A DNA stretch of 64,000 nt from Ascidiella aspersa (lineage: Eukaryota). Below are positions 14,138 to 27,224 of the stretch, piece by piece. The notes under the pieces are model-generated. The model was not told the DNA's origin and made no database searches. It worked only from the letters and a program-made list of their open reading frames with translations. The stretch spans positions 8,618,001-8,682,000 of the forward strand of contig OZ004610.1 of NCBI GenBank assembly GCA_963924565.1. Direction: 5' to 3'. Positions within the stretch are counted from its first letter, which is position 1, and every line of letters starts with the position of its first letter. The translations under genes were made by a program, and so were the position numbers.

Positions 14138-17100
14138 TTTCCGAGACAGATGAGGGATGGTCTGGTTATTTGCGATTCGAACGAGATGAGATTGGAATAG
14201 CTGCGGTCCATTTGGGAGTGAGTCCTTGCGAGAACTAACCTTGTTGGCCCCGAAAGGCGCAGCTAAGAAGCCGAAAATACCAAGTCCAAAGAGCCTGGAA
14301 TAGAAACGCTTCCATCACGAGTTTAATTACTTGTCGAAATGCAATTTATCTGCGCGGAACGGTTTTTAATGGCGAAATGGCCTGACGCCTGATAAATTGG
14401 GAATTTTTCTCGATGCCACACGAACTTTGGATTAATATTGAAAAGAGAAAATGGTTGAATCGTGAAACCATATTTGTTATTTCATTTGGGCTTGGCACAA
14501 TATTTGAATTAATATTTATTTTCTTAAATTTTTTTTATAGTTTCAAAGAAAAATTTGCGAAAATGGAAATACTTTATTTTGAGTAAAAATTAGGACTTTG
14601 ATTATATCTCAAATTGCACACGCCATTTAGATGTTGACCTGTTTAAGGACGGGAATACAGAAGTTGCATAGCAAGTTGTAACCTTTATAAATCTTTATAT
14701 GTCTAATTTCTGGACAAAGAATAGGCCAGGTCGCAATTCGGTGAAGTCAGAGAAAGGTTAACAATGTGTTTTTCAGCTAATTTCTCTTTAAACAGCGATA
14801 TTTTTTAATGACAAAATAGGAAGCAGAAATACAATCAAGGCAAATCTTCTCGCTGACGACAAATAAGGACTCCTCTGAAACCTCAAATTAATTTCACCTA
14901 CTTCCGTGTGGGCTTGATATGTATTCCACTCCTCAGCACACCCCTTGCAAGCATTTAACCTCAAAGCGAGAAGAATTGCGTGCAAACACGATTTATCATC
15001 GGGGCCCGGCACGATATTTCTCAAAGCGCACTTAAAATGCCTCGGTGATTTTAAAGCAAAAACACGAAGGATTCGTTCTTTGTACCGCGCCGTTCTACAA
15101 TTAGGCCGAGGTCTTTGAGGTCACTATACTTGCTACGGCTCCTTTGGACGGACGAAGAGGCCAGGCGACGCCGCGAGCCAACGTGCAATTATAGCCGAGA
15201 GAATTACAACCCCCCCAAAGCTAAATTAAAAAGCTTACAAAAAATTGCGTTCCCCTTTAGATGAACTGAGTGCAAAAGTTCAAATCCGTTTTTTCGCGGA
15301 AGGACTTTTAATAAAAACGTTTGATTGAAATTAATTAGGCTTTCGGGGCCAACGCCCAATGAGTTCGCAAAATGGCTACCACGCCTGTACGTCGATAAAA
15401 AGTGCTTTTGACTGTAGGTAAAATATGGTCGTAATCGCCGCAATTAGCAGGCAAGAATCGATGGGAACGGGTTAAAATTTGGTGAGCGTGCGACCAATAA
15501 GAAACGGCTGTGGGTTTCGGGTGTTGAAGGGCGTTTATTTGCTAATTGGAATGACGCAAATCGGTTAAACCTTCACACGTATTTTGGGTGTTGTTGGGTG
15601 CGTTAGTTCAGACCTGTCTGTAGGGGCGGGAGTACAGTCATTGTATAATGTAGGCTGCAACCTCTATAACCCATATTTGGAAGGTTTTTTAAGGTAGAGT
15701 GTAGGAAAGGCAGCAATTCGCTTGCGGTAGCACGAGTTACGCCATTATTTATGCGACGAAGTTACATCATGGGACTACAACTTTAATGGTTATGGGCCAA
15801 CCAAAGTCAATAAATTATGTGAAATTTGTCCTTTGCGAAATGATTAGGCAATGTTTTGTTTTACCACATTACTACACATTTAAAATTATTTGATAACCTA
15901 TTAATCATTTTGTACTCGAAATGTGGTTTGAACTGTAAAGTGTTGGGACCGCGAGTTCTAAAAGATTGCTTTAAAGATTTTTCTTTCTTATTTCAACATT
16001 TAAAAGATGGTTTGAGATGCATTACTTTGATATGCTTTAACGTTTGTATAATAATTGTTTATAAAATACATACAGATTGTGGGTGTTACAATCAACTGAA
16101 CAAAACCCGAAAAACGTAAATGGGCGCTACTGGATGTAGTAGCGTTACTCAACTTTTGGCCTTTCGAAAAACTCCACAAATCTTAGTCACGTTTTTCACA
16201 TAAAGTAATCAATTTTGAAACGGCACGCGCGTCAGCAAAATCTCATTTCCAGTTCGTTGCAAAGAAATCGGCAATTATACGACGCGTTAAAGTATCTGCA
16301 AATTAGATCTCCGTTGAGCCTAATGTATTTTTAGAATAACTATAAACCGTTTCCTTTAACGTTCAAGAAATACGTGTTTATATAGATCGTGATTTAAACG
16401 TTGTTTGGAAGATGTCACTATAAAGTTTTTACTTTTAAAAAGGTAGACTAACTTGTTGTTTCTGATTAGGAAAATGTGGCAATTGTTATATGTAAAAATA
16501 AGCTTTGGCAAAATTAGAACTAGAATGTTAACAACAAACCCAGGGCTCAGGACACGAGACTCGAGCTAATTTTCTATTGGCCGTGGATATATTTTTTTTT
16601 TCTATAGGCCGTCGAGTTGTTTGAAACCGATTGTGTAACAAACAAACCAAAGCAGTCCATAAAAGTCACACGCATACAGCTTCGGTGCAAAGAAATAATG
16701 GGTAACAGAAAACATTGGAAATAGTTCAACCCGAGGAGTGTAGAAGGTCTGTAAAACATGTTTGACCCATTATACCTCGCTTTGGTGTGATTTAACGAAC
16801 ATGATTTACGGCCTAAGCATCTAGCAATATACAGCCCACATGAAAGTTCCTGATGTAATCTATCAAAGTCTGAAGGTTTGAAAAGCCCCGTGAAACCAAA
16901 GCTCGCATACAGAGCAGTTGTAAAGCAATTTTGTGTGAGCCTATTGGGGCAGAGGCGCGGCATACAACTGTAGCTACCCAAATTTTTTGGTCACTTTACT
17001 TTTATTACGCTGTTTAAACCTGCTGTTCTGATGGATCGATTGCTTTTGGCAGATCATGATTTAGACTTGTCGGTCAATGCGCTAATAACCTACACAGAGA

Positions 17101-19039
17101 CTAGAAGTACATTAAAATCCAACCTGCACGTTTTACAAGACAACCGTTTCGTTTTTTGCCGTCCTTACTTTTAATTGTTTTTATTTTTATTTACACAAAT
17201 CAAATGTTTAAAGCATACGTTTTTTTTCCTAGTTTGAAAACATATCATCAAACTATATACCAAACTTTCAATAAAACTATTTCACGAATTTCAATAAAAC
17301 TATTTATGCAATAACTTTGTTTAGTAGGTCCCAAAGTACTGGCTTACTGTCAAAAGCCGATGGATACGTTATATGAATAATAAATATTGCTATATACTTA
17401 CAGTCTATGTTAAACACGACAAATCTTCTACAAGTTTGAAAATTCGCCCAAACTAAACGGCTCGACCTTTAAACCGGCAGACTCAAGCAAGAAAACTTTT
17501 ACGTCAAAACCTTTCGCAGCGGCGCTATATGTCGTCACAAGGGACCTGCACAAATCGCAAAACATGACGTAACAACCTTTCAACATATTTCTTTTACAAA
17601 TTCATCATAACTTGGGGTTAATTAACGTTTTTCATACAGCCCTAATTTGCGTGTTTGGTATTTCGCAGACGTTTTGACCAAAGTTCAAAATCAAGCTGAC
17701 TGCAACGTCACAATATACCTTGGGTGACGTCATTGCATATGCTTTGGCGTAGATAATTGGTAAAAACTAATAAGAAGCTTGTTTTGCGTGACAAAAGCAA
17801 ATTAATCCGTTCCTACTTTCAGTGAATGCGCATTAATTATAATTATCGCTTATCCATTTGCTGCAAAAATTGAAAATGCAACAATATAAAGTTAAAAAAA
17901 CAACTTTTATGGCTATACGATGACGTTAATTGGGATAATTGTAAAATATTGTGGGCGTACATAATACAAGTTTATGCCTCGAGATGACAAGCGTGCAAAA
18001 ATTTACTTCCCAAAACGATTTTTCTCATAATAGCCACTTAAAGAGCAGATAAATGTCAAATGAGCATTGCGACTTTACATTTAGTAGGTCGCTTCAAATA
18101 GCAGTTCAACGACCAGCATGCTTATAGGCCTTGTTGCGATTTTAAAAGCAGCGATTAAATAAGGCCTCCAACCGCTAAAACTATAATATTCATTTTGCAT
18201 CCTTATAAAGGAGTTTTGCTTTGTGATGTGATCTTGAAATTTTTTTTTTTTTTTTTTTTTTGTGATGTGATCTTGAATTTTTTTCTGTTGCATTAGCATG
18301 TTCAGCTGACCAAGAGGTAGATAAAATAGATGAACACCAATGGCCGGGAAAAACAACGACTCAGTAGTGGCTTAAATTGATTTTATCTCAATTAATACAA
18401 CTGACAACCAATATGCAAGTAAAAAGGTGTTTGAAGCTTTATTCAAATTTAAATACGCTGTTTTCAACATTTAAAGCTTTTTAAAGACTATGAATGCTCG
18501 TCGTCATTCAACCTGAAGACCAGGTTAGCGTAACGTTGGAGCAGAAATATATCTGCCAAAGAAGCTGTTTTTTTATTCAAGTTTTTTTTTAAATGCGCAG
18601 TTGTAACGAATTTTGTGAACTTATGTCGCTTTTTGACAGACGTTTTTGTTTTATCAAGACATAAAAAATGTTAGAATTCTTGGTAAATTTATGAAGACTC
18701 GTTCACGTAATGACGGGGCAAGTAAATCAGTTTCTCATTTTATTGTTTGTGCAAAGTAAATAGGATTTAAGCAGATCATGTGCTATCACACTTAAAAATC
18801 ATTGTTGGTGAAATTTATAGCAAGGCTAAACAGAGTGTTTACGCATTAACGGGACATTTACTAGAGCCTCGGAATCGTTTTAACTGCGCAGTTTCAACGG
18901 GATTCGAATATCGCATTTAAATTCCGACAAAAAGCGCTTTCGGCGAATTATCTCACAGAGGTTTTGGAGAAACGGCCATTTATAGTTTCGCTTAGGTCCA
19001 TCCCTATATCACATACTCACGCAATCGCGACATGGCAGC

Positions 19040-19480
19040 GCTATAAAAGGGCAAGCCTGAAGAGAATTAAGTTGTGGCCATTAAAATGGCAACTTAATCA
19101 ATCTTACCTTTTGTCGCGTGCGCACAAAAAATCACGTGATGTGTAATGTTTAAATGACTCTTCGGCACGCATTGTGAGGATTTTAAAGCAAATTTAGCAA
19201 AGCGTACGTGACCATTCAAGAATCAGCGGGTATTTTCGCAAGTTAAAAGACTAATCCACATACAACTTGATTATCACTTCAACAAACGTGCCTGCGTAAA
19301 AGTCACAAGGCCACGTCGCAAAGGTCACCCGAAAAGCACGTGGTTCACGGTCTCCGATTTTTTGTCTTTTTTCATCGCTTTTTTTTCGAGACCGCTTACC
19401 ACCGCCTCAGCCCGATTTTCTTTTTTCGCGCTGTGACGAAGACATAAATACCACGAGCGTTTGCGATTTACCAGCAGTAG
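19040..19480 (+). promoter_or_regulatory. Candidate promoter region of the lectin gene
   Basis: TATAAAAG at 19042; nuclear-receptor-like half sites AAGTCAcaAGGCCA (19300-19313) and AAGGTCA (19321); E-box CACGTG (19337); TATA-like CATAAATA (19443). Lies ~2 kb upstream of the first coding exon acceptor at 21517. Confidence 0.3.
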
Positions 19481-21560
19481 CGCGGAGAGTTGAGCCGATT
19501 CCTTGACTTCCTCCCTCCCACTGACTTTTGCAGAGTGACGTGAATCGTGTCTGCTCTCGCGAAAATCTGTATTTCTTAGGGGAAGTTTTTCTGTAAAAAT
19601 GCTAGAGAGTAATTTAAAAGAAAAAAGTTCGATTTAGGTCGCAAAATATGAACAATAATTCGAGGAAAATGGATTTTTTTATTTTGAGTCTTTTTTGCTA
19701 TGAGTGATCTGTGGTTTCGTCATTAAATGCCACTTGGGGCGTGAGCGTTAAAGTTAATTTTTAAGTAATTGTGGGTGGAAATGACGTAACTCTGTTCCAA
19801 AAGTCTGGTTAAAAACAGATTATAACTTACGTAAGAATGGTGTCTGCGTATGTCAAAAAAATGCAATGTAATATAAGATATTCTAAAACCTGAGGTGTTC
19901 TAACTACATTTTTTTAGTTCGGTCTCTGTGTAATTTACGTGCCTACTTCGAATATGTAGGATGTTAGTTAATTCTTAAGAAGTTTGATTTTGGGTTGAAA
20001 AGTTTAGAACCTGTTGAGTCGTTGTATTTCTAAACATCTTTACTGTCTAAAATTTTGGTGTTGAGACTCGTGTTGTGTTCCTTCTCACTTTTCCTACGAT
20101 TTGATGTCTGACATTTTGCTGCTTGAGACTTTTCAATCCGTGACGCAATAATATTGCGAGAGCCAAAACAATAGTTTAACCTATCGTGTTATATGCCCAG
20201 CAAGGCAACTTGTACGAAATTGTAAAGGAACAAAACACATGGAATAACCATGAGAAATAACCGATCGTATCGGGATGCGGTATTGAGCTTTGAGATTTCC
20301 CAAAATATTTTTAGCCTGTGGCTTTTCATTGGTTCCGCTTCCAGTGTTGGTTCCTGATAGAAAGTGGTAGACCATCAGGGATTGTGCAACTTTGTAGCGA
20401 TATCCTAAGAGATGGTTGCTAAGTGATATTTCTGATTTTGCTTCTGTTCGTTATTCTAAACGTACTATATATTATGTTTGCGTTTTGTGTTGTAAAGCAC
20501 GAATGTTTTTAACCTTATAGCAAGGTAGTTCCCCTACATTTTATAAAAATGGCTAATATTGTCATGATATACAATTAGTCTCGCCTGGGACGCTTTTGTT
20601 TGTCATATACCATTAAACAAAGGTTTACTAGCTGTTCTTGGTATTTATTGATTGGGCGAATATAATAACCTTAAAATTATAATTATTATATTGTCTAATT
20701 AGGATTAAGGCATAAATTTTATATCATCCACAAGAAAAGAGTATAATTGCGAAATAGCTATTCTGTTAAATTTAACTTTCACGAAACTTAAGAATAGCAC
20801 TATTGGTTCCACAAGTGTAAGCTAGGTCTGGAAATCTTAAATCTTAGCACGTAACCCAGTGTTTCTCCTTTCTTCGCCGCGACCAAAATTCTAAGCGTAG
20901 ACATAACGAAACTTTGGCAACCCTATTCTCTTCACTGAGATTTTTGTAAGCTTAAAGCGAACAAAACACATACAGGACAATAGCATAAAAAGGTTCGATT
21001 TGGATAAAAAAAACGACTTTGTATTGCCGATAGGCTACATTCGGCGATCAAACTAAATCCAACAGGGATCAAACCTTTGGTCGATGTCCATAAATATGGG
21101 ATCAGGGCCGATACGAGATGCCAAGCGACAGTACCGCTACTGGTCGGATACCTGGGTGGTATCGGTGCAGGTCCGATACTCAGTTAATACAATAATTTCA
21201 GGCATGATTTGCGATCCGATGAAGCGATTTAACCTTTTATTGAATCTTTTTTTTAAATTAACATGTTGGTAACTAAAGTCCTTAACGCTGAAGCAAATTT
21301 GTGCGCAACGACAAAAAAAAATACCTTTAAACGTTTGAATTTCATTTATTTTGCTTATTGAAGCATAGGAATGAAGTTTTCTTTGGTATCGGATCGAATA
21401 GCGATACTTTTTGTCTAGAATATCGGTTATGAAAAAGTATCCGAGAATCGAACATTTCTAGTCGCGACGTATCGTTTGAAAACCACTAACATAACCGCTC
21501 GGATGTTTTTGTTCCAGATTTCACGCTAAGGTGGTCCCCTAACTTTAACAAACCTTTGAA

Positions 21561-24500
21561 ATGCACAAATCAACCCTGTTGGCGCTAGTTTTGGCCGGTC
21601 ACTGCCTAATTTGCGCAGCCATCAGCGAGTTATCCGACCCCTGCCTCAACAAACAACTGTGCTACTGGTCGTGCAAGGTCGTCCACACCGTGTGCAGTCA
21701 AGCAAAGGACTGTGACACGTCAGGCGTGGCCAGGCTGGAAAAGCGGGTCGAAAGATTGTCAGGTTGGAAAAACTAGTTTTAACACACTGGAAACGAAGTG
21801 GTAAACAAACTATTAAAAAATGCTATTAAATTATAGCTATTAAAAATCATATATATTTATGCAAACCGTACAAATAGCGTGAGGCCGACGAATTTTGCGT
21901 AACTGTGCTTACTTAGAATAAGCTAATCGAGAGCAATTTTATAATCAGGATAAGATTTATTTTGTAAAAATATTAGACTTTTTATGCAATTTCCAAGTTA
22001 TAAGTGTTGTTACCTTTTAACACGAATTATTAAAAAACAGTTAACTCTTTTAATAAGGGCTGGTATCAATAGACTTCTTACATATGGTGTAAACAAATCA
22101 CTGTAGAAGACCTATACCCCAATCAAGTCATTTGATACATAGCTTAAGTAAATAACTCAAATCCTAAAACTCAAATAAGTCGACTCCAAGTCAAGTCATT
22201 GACAATAAGTAAAACGTTAAACTATTAAAGTTGGTAAACTCGCCATAACACTGTCAGTAGATGATAGATAGTTTATTTTTGCAAAGTTGAGAAACTTTTT
22301 ATTGTCAATAGTCATGACGCAACAACAATAAGTGACGCAACTGCTTTACGTCGAACATGTGACAATGATTGAAATTTATAGTTTTTAACAAATGGCAGAC
22401 GTAACAGGCGACCTTTTCACTCCGCGTTTCGCATACATTTTAGGTTTCCACTTCCCGGCAAATGTTCTGACTATAAATGCTGAAAACGTTTTTATATTTT
22501 TAGAGGCTCTGCGAAAAGTGAAGACGGAAACGAAAGGTAAGAAAACGTTTAAAAGTTAAACGCCGGATGGAAACTAAGCCGTATAATCCACATGGGCATG
22601 TACTGTGATCGCTAACGTAGTAGCGACAGATGATTATACGGAATAATCTTCAACCAGGATGTCCGATAGTATCGTATCGCAGCCGACGGCAAATGATAGT
22701 ATCGCTACTCGTCCCATACTAGGTGCCAAGCCGATACTAAATTAGTATAGCATTTCAGACTTGATATACGGTCCAGGTTTTAAACTTGAAACGTAAATTT
22801 ATTATGAAATGGCTGGTTCACAACTTAAGGTAACTTAATTGCCTAATATTTTGCTTATTTTTAAATCATAGTAATGACGTCATTTGGTATCGGATCTGAT
22901 CGCGATATTTTTTGTCGATAATATCGGGTATCGGTTTTCGAATAAATGTCAAGTATATCAGACATGTCTCTAGACATAATTATAACCCATGCGCCTTCGG
23001 AAAGGCTATTGCCGAAATTAGTTGATTTCATTAGGATTGTAGTGCAAGGAAAGCAAGGCCAATTTTAACAAATTATTTCAAAACGACACATTTAAAAAAT
23101 AAACAATTCAGCACTTAAAATAGGCAACACGACTAGCAGCCAAGTTTAAATCTAGCCCCAAATGATAAAAACGTGGACACTAATTTACATTTATGTATAG
23201 GATACCTCGTTTACCCTTGTTCACGTCGGACAGTTTTAATGTTCCTGTTAAGTTTGGAACCCTCCTTCCAGTTATGTCATTTCAGAGAAATTCCCGTCAC
23301 CACCTGCCTAATGGGGTCGGGGCAGTTCGTTCTTCGAAAGTCGTGCCTCGTTAATTTGCCAGCAAACGATCGTCTCACACAAAAAAAACTGGCCTGAATT
23401 CGCAAGTTGAAAGCACTAACTTGTTTTTTTGAAAGCACGTTTAAAAATAATAATAATCAACTCTTTTGATAATTGTAATTGCAATACCTATCCGGTATTA
23501 GCGTTTTATAAGATTGGCAAAATCTGTCCTTCACAATAACACTGTCGTTGTCGTAAACGTTCGTTAAACCGCTACAAGGAACTAAACTTTTCAAAAACAG
23601 TCCGTCCTGTCAGTGTTTAAGGGCTTTTTCACCGATTGAAAAACCTCACAAAGAGGTAAAAATAATAAAAATTGCATTGCGAATATTTTATCATTATCCT
23701 AAACCAAACCTTTGAAAACCTACAAAAAAAGCAAAGTTGTTACTCAATCATAAAAAAAAATCATTAATGGTCCCAATAAATTGCAAACCTTTTTTGAAAG
23801 GCGTAGAGCGTAAATACAGTTGGTTAGCTAAGCAATTTATGTCCCTTAAATATTACAAAAACGTGTGAAACAGGTATGTTTAATAGAAAAACATTACTAC
23901 CTGTTTATACACGTAAAACAGGCGATCGTATACGGCCTTTACCCCTACTGCTCAAGGATATGCCATCGCGGATATTATGTTGGTATAGCTAATTAACTTG
24001 TTGTGATGCTTAAGGAATTTAAGAAACACATCCCAGCAACATGTCAGAGTAACCGCAACTTCCGACACGATCCTTTTAAGGCGGCGACGAAACGTCAGTA
24101 ATTAGGCCGTTTCTGCCCGCAATGCTGCGCGTTATGTTCGAAGATCAAAAGGTGCATGACACTGCAATCTGAGGAATGCCCGATCAATTAATTGTCGACT
24201 GCGTGCGAACGCTGTTTAGTGTTTCATGTGAACGCCCTGCTTTCGATTCAAGCATACGCCAACTAATACATCAGGAACACGCCCACTTATACGCTCCACT
24301 TTGACACACTTAAGAAAACAGCCGGTCTTCTTTTAATTTCTCAACCTTGGTGAAACGAATTAAACCGCCTGTTTTTGAAGGATGTTCACTAGGAAATGAG
24401 ATGGAAAAGCGAAAAAAAAATAGTGGTTTAAACCTTAGGTAAAAGTAGAATGCTTTTCTTACCGTAGCGATCAATATTTTCAGTGGTGACGTCACAAAGT

Positions 24501-27184
24501 TACGTCATCGCGGGGCGTATAAAACAAGTAACGTTAGGAAAGCTGTGGTCATAGTTCGATGTCGTGCACAAGTACGCAACTAACATTAAATCGTCGTTTA
24601 ACATCTTTAGTGGAAAAGCCTGGTAAAAAAAATACTTTTTTTTTACATTTGAAAACTTTTTTACCGTAACGCCGTTCCGGGTCGTGCCAACTTACTTTCA
24701 CAACTGTTTTTTCACGACTGGTAGGCCTGATGCCTTAAAAATGTATAGCATGTTAAAAAAAACACTGCTAGACGCCCAACTATATATATTCCACTTTTGG
24801 ACACTTTTAAATCAGCCAACACATTTTGTTAATTTGTTTTTACGTGGCCTTTTTCCACCTTCATCAGGGTGGCAAAATAAAGGTGTCGCCTAATATTGAC
24901 GCCTTTAAACTAGCTAAGGGTTTGACAAACGGCCTAAAATAGATATATTGAAATGTATGCTTATTATAGCTTTAGAGGTGATAAGTATGAAAAAGAGCCC
25001 GCTGCTATTTTGGCATTAGGGCGTGATTATAGGTAATTGGTTTTAAGCTCCTTTCGCCACTGAGATCTACGCCACCTGGAGCGGTTTGTTTCTCGCGTGA
25101 GATAAACATCGAGAGATAGATCTAGCTGATAAATATTTTCTTAGAAATTAGGACTGTAGCATTCGCCGTTGCCATTACAAGAAGCATGCCTTATTGTGTT
25201 TGTGTCTTTCAATAATAGTTGCAACCTGTTTAGAAAATTAATTTTTTCAATTAGTATTACCAAATAAGTACTAAACGTTTGTGAATAAAAGGTTTTCCAA
25301 AAAACTTTTAATTTTTGTTAAAGCTGATCATTAGAAGGCCGTTTCTTGAATTGGTTGATTGTCGGAGTCTGTTTTTTTGTGACTTCTATCAATCTTTAGG
25401 CAAGTTTTTATTTTTATTTATTTTTTTTACCTACGTTTGAAACGATATTTCAAACTTACCTAGTTTAAATTTTAACGGGAAAAGTATTGTGTTACGATTT
25501 TCCAAATCAATTTGCATAGTTTGCAAACTTTTCAAACCCAGGTTTCAAGCGCTTATCCGGCGACCATAACAGGGTTAGATGAAGGTCAAGCAGCTGTTTG
25601 TTAAGTGGCCCGTACAAACCGGTTAACGTATACCAGTCGTGTCGGAACTTAATATCGCGTGACAGCACTTGAAAGTGACTCGCATTTCACGGAAACGAGG
25701 TCAAGGTTGCTTCGCACGCTTCTACTTGAGCTACTCTACTTTAAGGCGGCCACAAGAAAAGAGAGCGCTTTTAATCCGGGTCGACGCCGGGCAATTATTC
25801 CGCGGCGGCACACGAGCAATATGTTTCGGCGGTTTTGTTTGCGCGTAGGTCGCGGGCAAGAAACTGCGTCGAAATTGTTTCGCCACCGCGAACAGATGCG
25901 CTTGCGAAAGGTTGGAAATTTGGAATTCCAGTTGCGGTGACATGAGAAATGTCTCATTTTGAACATTTTTCTTCACCTTTTCTTTAAGTTCGACGATTCA
26001 AAGTAAACCTTCTTGAAACTGTAGCGAAAAAATGTTGCGGACTGAAAGATGTTTTCCAAGCTCAGATTACGTGATATTCACCAACCAAGAGATCAATCAG
26101 GAAACCATGCGGTGGTTTAAGACGGGTCAAAGAAGTGTTTCCGGGCTTAACAGGCAAAACTTTGAGATTAAGAACATAGTACCTTTGTTGCTAACAATTA
26201 TGGATAGAGTGCGGAGTCCTCGCCTTTATACTCAAAATACAACGAAGAGTTACATAAAACTTTAAAGCATAGTGGTTGGTGGTTGTGATTAGTAGGAACG
26301 TCAAAGCCCATGTAGAAGAAGCTTATAGGCAGGGATGGGGGGCGATTAAACGCACTCCATAACCCAATTTCGGCGGAAAAATAAACTCCTGAGACGAGAG
26401 TCAGACTCCGGCCAACTTTGCCGACTTCAAGTTCCCAATCAGGCTCCGACTTAACAAACTTGTATTCCACCGACTCACGTGGCTAATATAGGGTGAATAT
26501 GCAGCAATCCACTCGAGAGGGGTCATGTAACTTATCCATATAACCCATGTTAAGAAGCTGAAATAATGTTCTTAAAATATATTTTTTTTTACTTAAAAAT
26601 AAAACGCAACATAAAAATTAAACGAAACAAGCCAAATATATCAAACACGTGTAGTGTGTAAAAAGCCTGGACGGTGTTTAAATATCCACACTTTTCACCT
26701 ACAGACTGCAGTGGGGTGGAAGCAAATGGGCGTTGTTTCTTCCTGATGGATGACGAGGGAAAAAAAGACATGCTGCCTTACCACGAGGCCATGGTGGCCT
26801 GTACCCGGCGCAAGGCGCACCTGGCCCACCTGGACAGCGCCAGCGTGTACAACCGGGTGTACAAGTACATCGAGCGGAACGCCAACGACTTTCTGCACTC
26901 GGAAAAGCAATACGTCATCACATGGACGGGAGCGTCGTACGAGGTGAGAATAGAACAAGATGTAGCACAGACACACAGACACATATATACACACATGTAT
27001 AGAAGTAAACTGACCAACAGTACACGCATACGAACAAAGACAGACAAACTACGCACAAACACGCACACATACCCATACATATGCACATATAAATAGATAT
27101 ATACAGATAAACATATACACTCACCCATACGCCGTAGGAAAACACACAGACTACAGAGGTACATACAAACAAACATACACACAC

Positions 27185-27224
<40 letters not shown>

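Noticed and set aside
16574-16981. 135-aa ORF, possibly a LINE reverse-transcriptase C-terminal fragment
   Set aside because: The resemblance is faint (TALYAS..FKPSDFDRL) and cannot be supported without a database search.
22246-22268. TAACACTGTCAGTAGATGATAG, resembling miR-141/200a
   Set aside because: Only the 5' ten bases match, it sits at the edge of a dispersed repeat, and no pairing arm is visible.
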